Shown here piece by piece: positions 56,847 through 64,000 of a stretch of 64,000 bases of DNA; position 1 is the first letter of the stretch; every line of letters starts with the position of its first letter. The notes beneath the pieces were generated by a model. That model searched no databases and was not told the DNA's origin. It was given only the letters and a program-made list of their open reading frames with translations. The stretch is taken from NCBI GenBank assembly GCA_000437355.1, contig FR899774.1, forward strand, positions 114,595 through 178,594, written 5' to 3'. The DNA is from Firmicutes bacterium CAG:460 (GTDB taxonomy: Bacteria > Bacillota_I > Bacilli_A > RF39 > UBA660). Position numbers and translations under genes: made by a program.

Positions 56847-58301
56847 ATGCAAAATAAAAAACAAGCAATAATATTAAGTATAGTAGCAAGTTTAGCATTA
56901 CTTGTATTAATAGTCGGAGCAACATATGCATACTTTCAAGCAAGTGGTGGAACTGGTACAAGTGCAAACTTGAAAGTAACAACATATACAACAGATGTAT
57001 TTAATTTTGAAGTAGGAAATGATATATCAATATATGCAGATGCAACATCATTTGCTAGTGGTAAAGGTAATGCTAGTGGAAGTACTTTTGCAAAAGCAAT
57101 ATTAACAGCAAATAATAAAACAAATACTGCAACAGAACATTATTATTTGTATTTAAATATATCAAATAATACGTTTTTATATACTCAAAATGAAAGTACA
57201 CCAGAATTGCTTTTAACAATAACAGATGCCAGTGGCAATGCTGTAACTGATATAACAAGTCTAGCATATAAGACAGTAACAGATGGTAAGGGTACAAGTA
57301 TATCAGGATATGACATAACAAATAAAAGTGGATTAATAACTCTATTTAATAATAAAGAAATTACTGCAAGTCCAACAAAAACAGATGAATGGAATATAAC
57401 AGTAACATTAGTAAATTATGATAAAGATCAAAGTGAAAATGCAGGAAAAAGTTTTAGTGCTAAGTTAATGATACAAAAAGAAGAATATAAATTACCAACA
57501 TTAGCAGAATATGTAAAATCACAATATACAGGAACACAAGGGGATAATGGTATCTATTATCACGATAGTACATTAACAAATGGAGCAGGTGATAATTCAT
57601 ACAGATTTGCTGGAGCAAGTGATGCAGTAAATAATTATATTTGCTTGGGTTCGAATGAAGCAACATGTCCAGATGCAAATTTATTTAGAATAATCGGAGT
57701 ATTTGGAGATAGAGTAAAACTAATCAAATCAACATCTGTAGGAAAAATGAAATGGGATAGTAATGGTTCAAATACATGGTCAACATCAAGTCTAAATATA
57801 TATTTAAATAATGATTTTTTAAATGCGTTTGATGAAACAACAAAAGGTAAAATAGCAGATACAACATGGAAAGTTGGAGGATTTAGTAGTAGCGGTCAAA
57901 CAGCCCAAACAGCCCAAACAGTATATCAAAATGAAATAGTAAGTCCAGTAACAACAAATGCAACGGATAATGCAACTACATATAGTGCAAAAGTTGGATT
58001 AATGTATGTAAGTGATTATGGATTTGCAGCAGCACCAAGTGCATGGACAGCAAATTTTAACACTTATAATGGCGATGCCATTAAAAATGTTAATTGGATG
58101 TATATGGGACTTATGGAATGGACAATTTCCCGTTATGCGGACTATTCGAACCGTGCGTTCAGTGTGGCTAACACCGGCTACGTGAGCGACTACCGCGTTG
58201 GCAATTATGCGTTCGGTGCGCGTCCAGTCTTCAATCTCACATCTTCTGTGAACTATGCATCGGGAAGTGGCTCTGCCACTGATCCGATTTTGGTAAACTA
58301 G
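56847..58301 (+). CDS. Secreted protein with a TasA/SipW-type signal peptide and a C-terminal lectin-like W..S...G.RP module
   Basis: ATG at 56847 with GAGGTGA SD. N-terminus KKQAIILSIVASLALLVLIVGATYAYFQAS. C-terminus KVGLMYVSDYGF..EWTISRYADYSNRAFSVANTGYVSDYRVGNYAFGARPVFNL. Codon usage switches abruptly at about 58125. Confidence 0.8.
   Translation: MQNKKQAIILSIVASLALLVLIVGATYAYFQASGGTGTSANLKVTTYTTDVFNFEVGNDISIYADATSFASGKGNASGSTFAKAILTANNKTNTATEHYYLYLNISNNTFLYTQNESTPELLLTITDASGNAVTDITSLAYKTVTDGKGTSISGYDITNKSGLITLFNNKEITASPTKTDEWNITVTLVNYDKDQSENAGKSFSAKLMIQKEEYKLPTLAEYVKSQYTGTQGDNGIYYHDSTLTNGAGDNSYRFAGASDAVNNYICLGSNEATCPDANLFRIIGVFGDRVKLIKSTSVGKMKWDSNGSNTWSTSSLNIYLNNDFLNAFDETTKGKIADTTWKVGGFSSSGQTAQTAQTVYQNEIVSPVTTNATDNATTYSAKVGLMYVSDYGFAAAPSAWTANFNTYNGDAIKNVNWMYMGLMEWTISRYADYSNRAFSVANTGYVSDYRVGNYAFGARPVFNLTSSVNYASGSGSATDPILVN
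57897..57921 (+). repeat. In-frame 9-bp tandem repeat (CAAACAGCC x 2.8) encoding QTAQTAQT
   Basis: Read directly: caaacagcc caaacagcc caaacag. Confidence 0.9.
58134..58301 (+). other. GC-rich, NNY-codon-rich 3' segment of the CDS; candidate DGR variable region
   Basis: 23 of the 30 codons in 58134-58223 end in C or T (TAT GCG GAC TAT TCG AAC CGT ...). Hand count gives 156 G+C in 58141-58440 (52%) against 17 of 60 in 57001-57060. Confidence 0.4.
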
Positions 58302-58317
58302 GATCGGACATGCCTGT

Positions 58318-58337
58318 CTAGCGCGTCCGCGTGCTAG
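58318..58337 (+). other. GC-rich hairpin 17 nt downstream of the stop codon
   Basis: CTAGCGCG-tccg-CGTGCTAG: an 8-bp stem including one G:U, and a 4-nt loop. Confidence 0.6.
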
Positions 58338-58492
58338 GTAAACGGGGTAAAAAATTATGCAGTGGCAAGAAGGACAGCAGTAAATTATGCTAGAAAAATG
58401 TCTGTCGTGGCTCGCGGAAGAGTGCGAGGCGGGGCAGTAGGCGGGGGTGTTAAAATAGAAATTGATATAAATGTAGATATTAAAAGTAGTTT

Positions 58493-58516
58493 AAGAGCTT
58501 TTGCTCTTTTATTTTG
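58493..58516 (+). terminator. Rho-independent terminator closing the surface-protein transcript
   Basis: AAGAGC-tttt-GCTCTT followed by a T-rich tail. Confidence 0.65.
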
Positions 58517-58551
58517 GATGAAAATAGTGTAATATTAAGTTGGTGATATAT

Positions 58552-59049
58552 ATGGATATTAAAGTGTTAGTTGTCGGTGCTTTGCAAGAAAATTGTTATG
58601 TCTGTAGTATTGGAAATAATGCTTTTATTGTTGACCCAGGTGATGAAGCTGATAGAATAATTGATGCATGTATGGGTAAAAATGTTGTTGAGATAATTGT
58701 TACTCATCATCATTTTGACCATGTTGGAGCTTTAGATGAATTAAAGAAGTATTTTAAACTTGAAGAAAATGTTAAAAGTGATATCTTTGATTATGAAATA
58801 ATTGAAACTCCAGGGCATACAACTGATAGTAGAAGTATTTATTTTAAAAATGAAAAAGTTATGTTTACTGGAGATTTCTTGTTTTATCGTTCTATTGGAA
58901 GAACCGATTTAGATACAGGTAGTGATATAGATATGATAAAAAGTTTAGAAAAAATTAGTAAATATCCCGATGATATAATTATTTATCCTGGACATGGACC
59001 TAAAAGTACATTGGGTAGAGAAAAGAATAATTTTAAATATTATTATTAG
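58552..59049 (+). CDS. MBL-fold metallo-hydrolase (glyoxalase II-like)
   Basis: THHHFDH motif, TPGHT, later GD..F and PGHG. ATG at 58552 with GGTGA SD. Confidence 0.85.
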   Translation: MDIKVLVVGALQENCYVCSIGNNAFIVDPGDEADRIIDACMGKNVVEIIVTHHHFDHVGALDELKKYFKLEENVKSDIFDYEIIETPGHTTDSRSIYFKNEKVMFTGDFLFYRSIGRTDLDTGSDIDMIKSLEKISKYPDDIIIYPGHGPKSTLGREKNNFKYYY

Positions 59050-59074
59050 ATAATATAAATAGCTGAATAAAATT

Positions 59075-59105
59075 AAAACTGATAGGTTGTGCTATCAGTT
59101 TTTTT
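59075..59105. terminator. Bidirectional terminator between the convergent MBL and gerQ genes
   Basis: AAAACTGATAG-gttgtg-CTATCAGTTTT, with A-run and T-run on both sides. Confidence 0.75.
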
Positions 59106-59469
59106 AATAAGTCTTTTCTGAGAAACTATGTGAGTAAATAATTGGTTCCATGAATTCAACATAATTTAAATAAATTATTCTAATTAAGTACCAAAGATTA
59201 TTTGTGTTATCTCTGATTATAAGATGATCTCTTCCAGCTTCTTCAATAATTCCTTCATAAACTTTGTTTTGCCATGCACTACTGTCTGGATATGAAACAT
59301 AAGCTTTAATCTTTCTTCCTTTGTTTAGCCTTAAGATATTTTCAATATAACTTTGTTCATCTGGTAAAACATTATTGTTGTTATTTACTTCAGATACAGA
59401 CATGTTTCCTGGTGGTGTTCCGAAATTAGAACTTGGAAATGTTGGATTTTGGTAGAAATTACCATTCAT
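59104..59469 (-). CDS. gerQ: Spore coat protein GerQ-like
   Basis: ATG at 59469 with AGAGGTGA SD. EQSYIENILRLNKGRKIKAYVSY..YEGIIEEAGRDHLIIRD matches the GerQ core pattern. Confidence 0.6.
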   Translation of the reverse strand: MNGNFYQNPTFPSSNFGTPPGNMSVSEVNNNNNVLPDEQSYIENILRLNKGRKIKAYVSYPDSSAWQNKVYEGIIEEAGRDHLIIRDNTNNLWYLIRIIYLNYVEFMEPIIYSHSFSEKTY

Positions 59470-59567
59470 TTTATATTCACCTCTAAAACAATATATGTTT
59501 TTTATCAATAATAATTGCTAAAAAATAAATATTAGTTTATAATTAATATAGAAAAGTGGTTGAAGAT

Positions 59568-60443
59568 ATGGAAAAAATAAATTATAAAGAAATAATTTTT
59601 GATGGATGTTCATTAGTTTTTGGGCTTTTCTTTTATGCAATGTGTTTTAACTTGTTTTTAACTCCGAATGATTTAGTTGTATCTGGCTTTAGTGGTATTG
59701 CTATTGTTATGCAAAGATTATTTGGTTGGACCCCATCAATTTTCTTATTAATATCTAATATTATTTTGTTAGTTATTTGTTTTATATTTTTGGGATGGAA
59801 TACTACAAAGAAAAATATTATTGGTTCCTTGTTATATCCATTAATGGTTACATTATCAATGCCAGTTGCTAATTTTTTAACAAGTTATTTAGTTACTGAA
59901 GACTTTTATTTAACACTATTATTTGCAATATGTTTGTATGGAATTAGTAGTGGTTTTATATATAGAAGTGGTTTTACTGCGGGTGGTTCTGATATAATTA
60001 TGCAAATAATAAATAAGTATTGTAAAGTAAGTGAATCTAAGGCTATGCTATTTGCTAATGGATTTATTATACTTTCTGGTATGTTAGTATTTGGTTTTAC
60101 TAAAGGTGTTTATTCATTTATCATTTTATATTGTTCTACATTTTTTGTTGATAAGATTATGTTTGGTATTTCTGATAGTAAATTATTTTATATTTATACT
60201 AGAAAAACTAGAAAGATTAAAAAAGTTATTCTTGAAGAATTTGAAACAGGTTTTACAACAATTCCTGGTACTGGAGGATATTCTCATAAAAATGGTGTTA
60301 TAATTATGTGTGCTGTATCTAATAATGATTACTATTTACTTAAGAAAAGAATTTTAGAAATTGACCCGAGTGCATTTATGATTATTGATAAATGTTATGA
60401 AGTTAATGGAGGAGTTAAGAGAAGTAATATTCCATTTTTATAA
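59568..60443 (+). CDS. YitT-family membrane protein (DUF2179 C-terminal domain)
   Basis: Five TM helices with GGSD motif (FTAGGSDIIMQII), C-terminal soluble DUF2179-like domain. Confidence 0.8.
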   Translation: MEKINYKEIIFDGCSLVFGLFFYAMCFNLFLTPNDLVVSGFSGIAIVMQRLFGWTPSIFLLISNIILLVICFIFLGWNTTKKNIIGSLLYPLMVTLSMPVANFLTSYLVTEDFYLTLLFAICLYGISSGFIYRSGFTAGGSDIIMQIINKYCKVSESKAMLFANGFIILSGMLVFGFTKGVYSFIILYCSTFFVDKIMFGISDSKLFYIYTRKTRKIKKVILEEFETGFTTIPGTGGYSHKNGVIIMCAVSNNDYYLLKKRILEIDPSAFMIIDKCYEVNGGVKRSNIPFL

Positions 60444-60474
60444 TATTTGTGGTAAACTATTTATGTGATTGCTT

Positions 60475-61428
60475 ATGAAAAAAATTGTTATATTTGGTGG
60501 AGGAAGTGGACTTTCTCAACTTTTAAAAGGAATAAAATTATTTCCAGTGGAAATTACAGCGGTGGTATCAGTTGCTGATAATGGCGGAAGCACTGGTCTT
60601 CTTCGTCGTGAGTTAAAAATACCTGCGGTTGGGGATATAACTAAAGTTATGCTTAGTATGGCTGATACAAATCAAGATGTAATGGATTTAATGAATTATC
60701 GTTTTACTAAATCTAAAACTTTAGGTATTCATTCTGTTAAAAACTTGTTATTAATGGCTTTGATGGATTTAAAAGGTAATTTTGCGAGTGCTATGCCTGT
60801 TATGGAAAAACTTCTTGATGTAAAAGGTAATATTTTGCCATTAACTGAAGATAATGTTAATTTAGTTGGTATTACAAGTAATGGTAAAAAAGTAATCGGA
60901 GAACATCAAATAACTAAATGTGCAAGTAAGATTGTGGAAGTAAAATATGATAAAGATATAGTTGTTAATCCTAAAGTAATAAATGCTGTTAAAGATGCAG
61001 ATTTAATAATATTTTCATCTGGAAGTTTACTTACAAGTATTGTTCCACATTTAATTGATAAAAAGTTGGTTGATGTAATAAATAAAGCTAAGGGAGAAAA
61101 AGTTTATATATGTAATTTATTTACTCAACCTGGTGAAACTGATGGTTTTACTGTTTATGATCACATTAAATATCTAGAAAAATATTTAGGTAAAGGTAGT
61201 ATAGATGTTGTTATAGCTAATAATGAAGATATAAGTAGTGATTTAGCTATAAAATATAGAACTGAGGAACAAAAAGACCCAGTAGTTTTAAACATGAATG
61301 AATTAAGAGATAAAGATATTTATGTTATTTCTGATAAACTTTTTACAATAGAAGATGGTTGGTATAGACATGATGCTTTAAAAACAGGGTATTTGTTGTT
61401 CTCATATTTAATGGATGGTAGAAAATGA
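60475..61428 (+). CDS. yvcK: Gluconeogenesis factor YvcK (CofD-like, UPF0052)
   Basis: KIVIFGGGSGLS, DNGGSTG, GDI motifs. yvcK-whiA synteny. Confidence 0.9.
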   Translation: MKKIVIFGGGSGLSQLLKGIKLFPVEITAVVSVADNGGSTGLLRRELKIPAVGDITKVMLSMADTNQDVMDLMNYRFTKSKTLGIHSVKNLLLMALMDLKGNFASAMPVMEKLLDVKGNILPLTEDNVNLVGITSNGKKVIGEHQITKCASKIVEVKYDKDIVVNPKVINAVKDADLIIFSSGSLLTSIVPHLIDKKLVDVINKAKGEKVYICNLFTQPGETDGFTVYDHIKYLEKYLGKGSIDVVIANNEDISSDLAIKYRTEEQKDPVVLNMNELRDKDIYVISDKLFTIEDGWYRHDALKTGYLLFSYLMDGRK

Positions 61429-62351
61429 CGTTTACAACTAGTTTAAAAGAAGAAATAGCAAAGCATGAAATAAATAGTATTGAAGCTAGATATGAATTAA
61501 TGGCATTTTTAAATAGTGTTGCTAAGTTTAATAAAGATGAAATTAGTTTAACGCTAGAAAATGCAAGTATTGCGAGAAGAATTTATAAAGAAATAAAAGA
61601 AATATATGGGGTAAGTCCAAATATTGTAATAAGGGTTCAAAAAAGATTTAAAGTAAAGCAAATATATATATTAAATGTTAAAGAAAAAGTAGATTTTATA
61701 AAAAAAGATATTAGTGTGGGGATAAAAATTGAAGTTGATGATTTAGTTAGTGATGAAGAAAAAATTGCTTTTATTGAAGGTGCTTTCTTAGCTGTAGGTA
61801 ATGTTTCTAATCCAAGTACTAGTGGTTATCATTTAGAATTTATTTTTACGAAAGAAAGACTTGCTAAACAAGTACTTAATTTACTTAATTATTTCAATTT
61901 AAAAGCTAAATTAATTAAACGTGGTTATAAAAATATTGTTTATATTAAAGCTAGTGAAGCAATTAGTGATTTGATAAAAATGTTTAAAGCTACAAGTTCA
62001 TTGTTTTATTTTGAAGATATAAGAATTTATAGAGACCATAAAAATATGGTTAATAGGTTAAATAATTGTGAAATTGCTAATCAAGAGAAAACGTTTAGAA
62101 CAGGTCAAGCGCAACTTGAAAATATTAATTATTTAAAGATGCATGATTTATTTGATTTACTTGAAGAAAACACTAGAATTGTTGCAGATGCAAGAGTTAA
62201 GTATCCAGAAGTTTCTATGCAAGAACTTGCTGATATAGTAACCCTTGAAAATAATTATAAAATAGGTAAATCTGGTGTTAATCACCATTTTATTAAAATA
62301 AATAATTTAGTTAAAAGACATAAAGAAAGAAGTGAAGAAAATGGTAGTTAG
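61425..62351 (+). CDS. whiA: Sporulation/cell-division regulator WhiA
   Basis: LAGLIDADG-derived middle domain, C-terminal HTH (MQELADIV..GKSGVNHHF). Confidence 0.9.
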   Translation: MTFTTSLKEEIAKHEINSIEARYELMAFLNSVAKFNKDEISLTLENASIARRIYKEIKEIYGVSPNIVIRVQKRFKVKQIYILNVKEKVDFIKKDISVGIKIEVDDLVSDEEKIAFIEGAFLAVGNVSNPSTSGYHLEFIFTKERLAKQVLNLLNYFNLKAKLIKRGYKNIVYIKASEAISDLIKMFKATSSLFYFEDIRIYRDHKNMVNRLNNCEIANQEKTFRTGQAQLENINYLKMHDLFDLLEENTRIVADARVKYPEVSMQELADIVTLENNYKIGKSGVNHHFIKINNLVKRHKERSEENGS

Positions 62352-62838
62352 ACTTGCTGCAGATATACAACCAGATAGTATTTTAGATGGTTCTGGTATT
62401 AGAACTGTAATTTGGTTTCAAGGGTGTCTACATAATTGTGAAGGGTGCCAAAATCCTGAAACTCATGATATGAATAGTGGCATGGTTGTTGATATTGATG
62501 ATATAAAAATGAAACTTAAGAATTTGAAATATCAAAGTGGTATTACACTTTCTGGTGGTGACCCATTTTTTCAACCTGAGGCTGCCTTAGAAATAGCAAA
62601 ATTTGCTAAGAGTATTGGTTTAAATGTCTGGGCTTATACAGGATTTACTTTTGATGCATTGCTTAATGGAGATAAAAAAAGAAGAGATTTGTTAGAGTAT
62701 GTTGATGTTTTAGTAGATGGTAAATTTATGCTAGATAAAAAAAGTTTAAATTGTAAGTTTCGAGGAAGTACTAATCAAAGATTAATTGATGTTAAGAAAA
62801 GTTTAGAAAGCGGGAGTGTTATATTATATGGAATTTAG
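62341..62838 (+). CDS. nrdG: Anaerobic ribonucleoside-triphosphate reductase activating protein (radical SAM)
   Basis: DGSGIRTVIWFQGCLHNCEGCQNPET (CxxxCxxC cluster), GITLSGGDP, about 165 aa. Confidence 0.8.
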   Translation: MVVRLAADIQPDSILDGSGIRTVIWFQGCLHNCEGCQNPETHDMNSGMVVDIDDIKMKLKNLKYQSGITLSGGDPFFQPEAALEIAKFAKSIGLNVWAYTGFTFDALLNGDKKRRDLLEYVDVLVDGKFMLDKKSLNCKFRGSTNQRLIDVKKSLESGSVILYGI

Positions 62839-63304
62839 TGAAGGTGTTAATTATACAATACTCGTTAATAATGCAAATAAGGCTTTTTTTGAGAACTTCG
62901 AAAGTTACAAGGTTTTGGATACTATGGATGGTTTTGATGCAATTAAGATGCAGGTTGAGGTGTTTTTAAGTAAGAGAATTGTGTTTAATGAAATATGGTA
63001 TTATTTAAGTAAGGAAGAAAAGAGTGAATTATTAGAAATATTAAAAAGAAGAAATGTAAGTTTTGTTAATATAACTAGTAATGTAGAAGATGTAATATAT
63101 AGTGAGTATGTAATAGTTTATGATGATGATAAGAAAATATTAGAGGGTAATAAAGAAATGGTTTTAAGAAATGAAAAACTATTAAAAAGATTAGGTTATG
63201 GAATACCTTTTGTAGTGGATTTATCAATACAACTTAATTATTATGATATATTTGATACAGTTTATTATGATATGGATAAACTAACGGAGGCATTATGGAA
63301 TTAA
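62828..63304 (+). CDS. Degenerate ABC/ECF ATPase-like protein lacking Walker A
   Basis: The C-terminal half resembles EcfA (..VSFVNITSNVEDVIYSEYVIVYDDDKKILEGNKEMVL..LGYGIPFVVDL). There is no GxxGxGKS/T and it is only 158 aa. ATG at 62828 with GGGAG SD. Confidence 0.55.
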   Translation: MEFSEGVNYTILVNNANKAFFENFESYKVLDTMDGFDAIKMQVEVFLSKRIVFNEIWYYLSKEEKSELLEILKRRNVSFVNITSNVEDVIYSEYVIVYDDDKKILEGNKEMVLRNEKLLKRLGYGIPFVVDLSIQLNYYDIFDTVYYDMDKLTEALWN

Positions 63305-63846
63305 AATTAAATGGTAATATTATAGGTGTTGTAAGTAATGATTTTAAAGAAGATAATGTTAATGGTAAAGTAAGAGATATCATAGTAAAAAAGAGTAGTG
63401 ATGCTTTGAAAATGGTAGGTTTAGATGATACATATTTAGATAAAGATATAAGTGAGTTATCTTTGAGGGATAAAAATAAAATAATACTTGCTAGTAAGTT
63501 ACAAGATAAAGAAATTATGTTAATTAACTTTAGTAGAGGTTTAACTAATAAAGATATAGAGTTTTTTAAGAAATTGTTTAAAAAGATAATTAGTTATGGA
63601 AGAAAGATAGTTTTAGTAGATAGAAATAGTAATATGTTTATAAATTGTGTTGATAAGATGTATGTTATTAACAATAAAAAAATAGTTCTTGAAGTAAATG
63701 ATATATATGATAAAGGTTTAGAAAAATATATTGAAGTACCAAAGATAGTAGAATTTACTAATAAAACATTAGATTATGGTGTTAATATAAATCATTATAA
63801 TGAATTAGATGATTTATTGAAAGCTATTTATAGGATTAAATCATGA
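63295..63846 (+). CDS. Degenerate ABC/ECF ATPase-like protein lacking Walker A and Walker B acidic residues
   Basis: GNIIGVVSNDFKE replaces the P-loop, LSLRDKNKIILASKL replaces LSGGQ, and MLINFSRGL replaces LLLDEPT. Sits upstream of truA, where ecfA genes usually lie. Confidence 0.55.
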   Translation: MELKLNGNIIGVVSNDFKEDNVNGKVRDIIVKKSSDALKMVGLDDTYLDKDISELSLRDKNKIILASKLQDKEIMLINFSRGLTNKDIEFFKKLFKKIISYGRKIVLVDRNSNMFINCVDKMYVINNKKIVLEVNDIYDKGLEKYIEVPKIVEFTNKTLDYGVNINHYNELDDLLKAIYRIKS

Positions 63847-64000
63847 GATATTTAATTAAGTTTAGTTATGATGGAACAAGATTTCATGGCTTTCAAAGAC
63901 AAAAAGATGTTAAAAATGTACAAGGAACATTAGAAGTAGTTTTAAGTAAAGTGTTAGATGAACCAATTACTATAAAGGGAAGTGGCAGAACTGATGCAGG
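63843..64000 (+). CDS. truA: tRNA pseudouridine38-40 synthase TruA (5' part, continues past the right edge)
   Basis: MRYLIKFSYDGTRFHGFQRQ...GSGRTDAG includes the catalytic Asp motif. ATGA overlap with the preceding ORF. Confidence 0.9.
   Translation, partial: MRYLIKFSYDGTRFHGFQRQKDVKNVQGTLEVVLSKVLDEPITIKGSGRTDA

Noticed and set aside
56713-57678. Three minus-strand ORFs (56713-56991, 57073-57321, 57460-57678) opposite the surface-protein gene.
   Set aside because: They are antisense shadows of an A-rich coding strand, have His/Leu/Tyr-rich low-complexity products, and have no translation signals.
58125-58460. The GC island as a group II intron fragment, a retron msr/msd, an IS end or an integrated tRNA-like element.
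   Set aside because: There is no RT or maturase ORF, no domain V-like 34-nt hairpin, no terminal inverted repeats or target-site duplication, and no tRNA-like structure. The first half is in frame and continues the host protein's fold motif.
62341-62838. nrdG without an adjacent nrdD as a possible orphan radical-SAM activase.
   Set aside because: nrdD may simply be encoded elsewhere. This cannot be judged from one window and is not unusual enough to report as a finding.
1-64000. Possible genetic code 4 (TGA read as Trp), considered because of the Mollicute-like base composition.
   Set aside because: Conserved genes end at TGA at the expected lengths and in ATGA start/stop overlaps (yvcK/whiA, yabP/yabQ, ABC-like ORF/truA). 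No conserved gene needs an internal TGA. The full sporulation gene set points to a standard-code Firmicute.

Overview
This window is the replication-origin region of a very AT-rich, spore-forming Bacillota chromosome. It uses the standard code: TGA acts as a stop in ATGA overlaps such as yvcK/whiA, yabP/yabQ and the ABC-like ORF/truA. Left of about 20.8 kb the conserved genes lie on the minus strand: spoIIR, prmC, prfA, rpoE, argS, a noc-like parB homologue, rsmG, mnmG, mnmE, jag, yidC, rnpA and rpmH. Right of it they lie on the plus strand: dnaA, dnaN, comK-like, recF, gyrB, gyrA, ffs, tadA, dnaX, ybaB, recR, bofA, holB, ricT, pth, mfd, spoVT, dut, metG, tatD, rsmA, yabG, veg, spoVG, yabP, yabQ, divIC, gap, ftsEX, an M23 peptidase, yvcK, whiA, nrdG and the start of truA. 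DnaA-box clusters flank dnaA, giving a bipartite oriC. No rRNA, tRNA, CRISPR array, transposase or integrase was seen.

Three parts are not ordinary core genome.
1. The 1.35-kb ORF-free spacer between gyrA and ffs (29.9-31.2 kb) carries seven consensus parS sites. Most are immediately followed by a DnaA-box-like 9-mer. The spacer also holds two perfect Noc-binding sites. The only ParB-family gene in the window looks Noc-like, and no soj/spo0J pair is present.
2. A 4.3-kb islet splits the conserved mnmE-jag junction (12.7-17.05 kb). It encodes a lipoprotein with a C-terminal Hint (intein/Hedgehog-type) domain, two XRE regulators, a small paralogue of the lipoprotein's N-terminal module, and an AAA ATPase gene bracketed by about 75-nt direct repeats.
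3. A sharp island of about 52% G+C (58.13-58.46 kb) covers the last ~55 codons and the 3' UTR of a secreted protein gene. It has features of a diversity-generating-retroelement variable region plus a downstream GC hairpin, but no template repeat or reverse transcriptase lies in the window.

All coordinates and motif matches were worked out by hand. No homology searches were run, and family assignments rest on recognised motifs and synteny.
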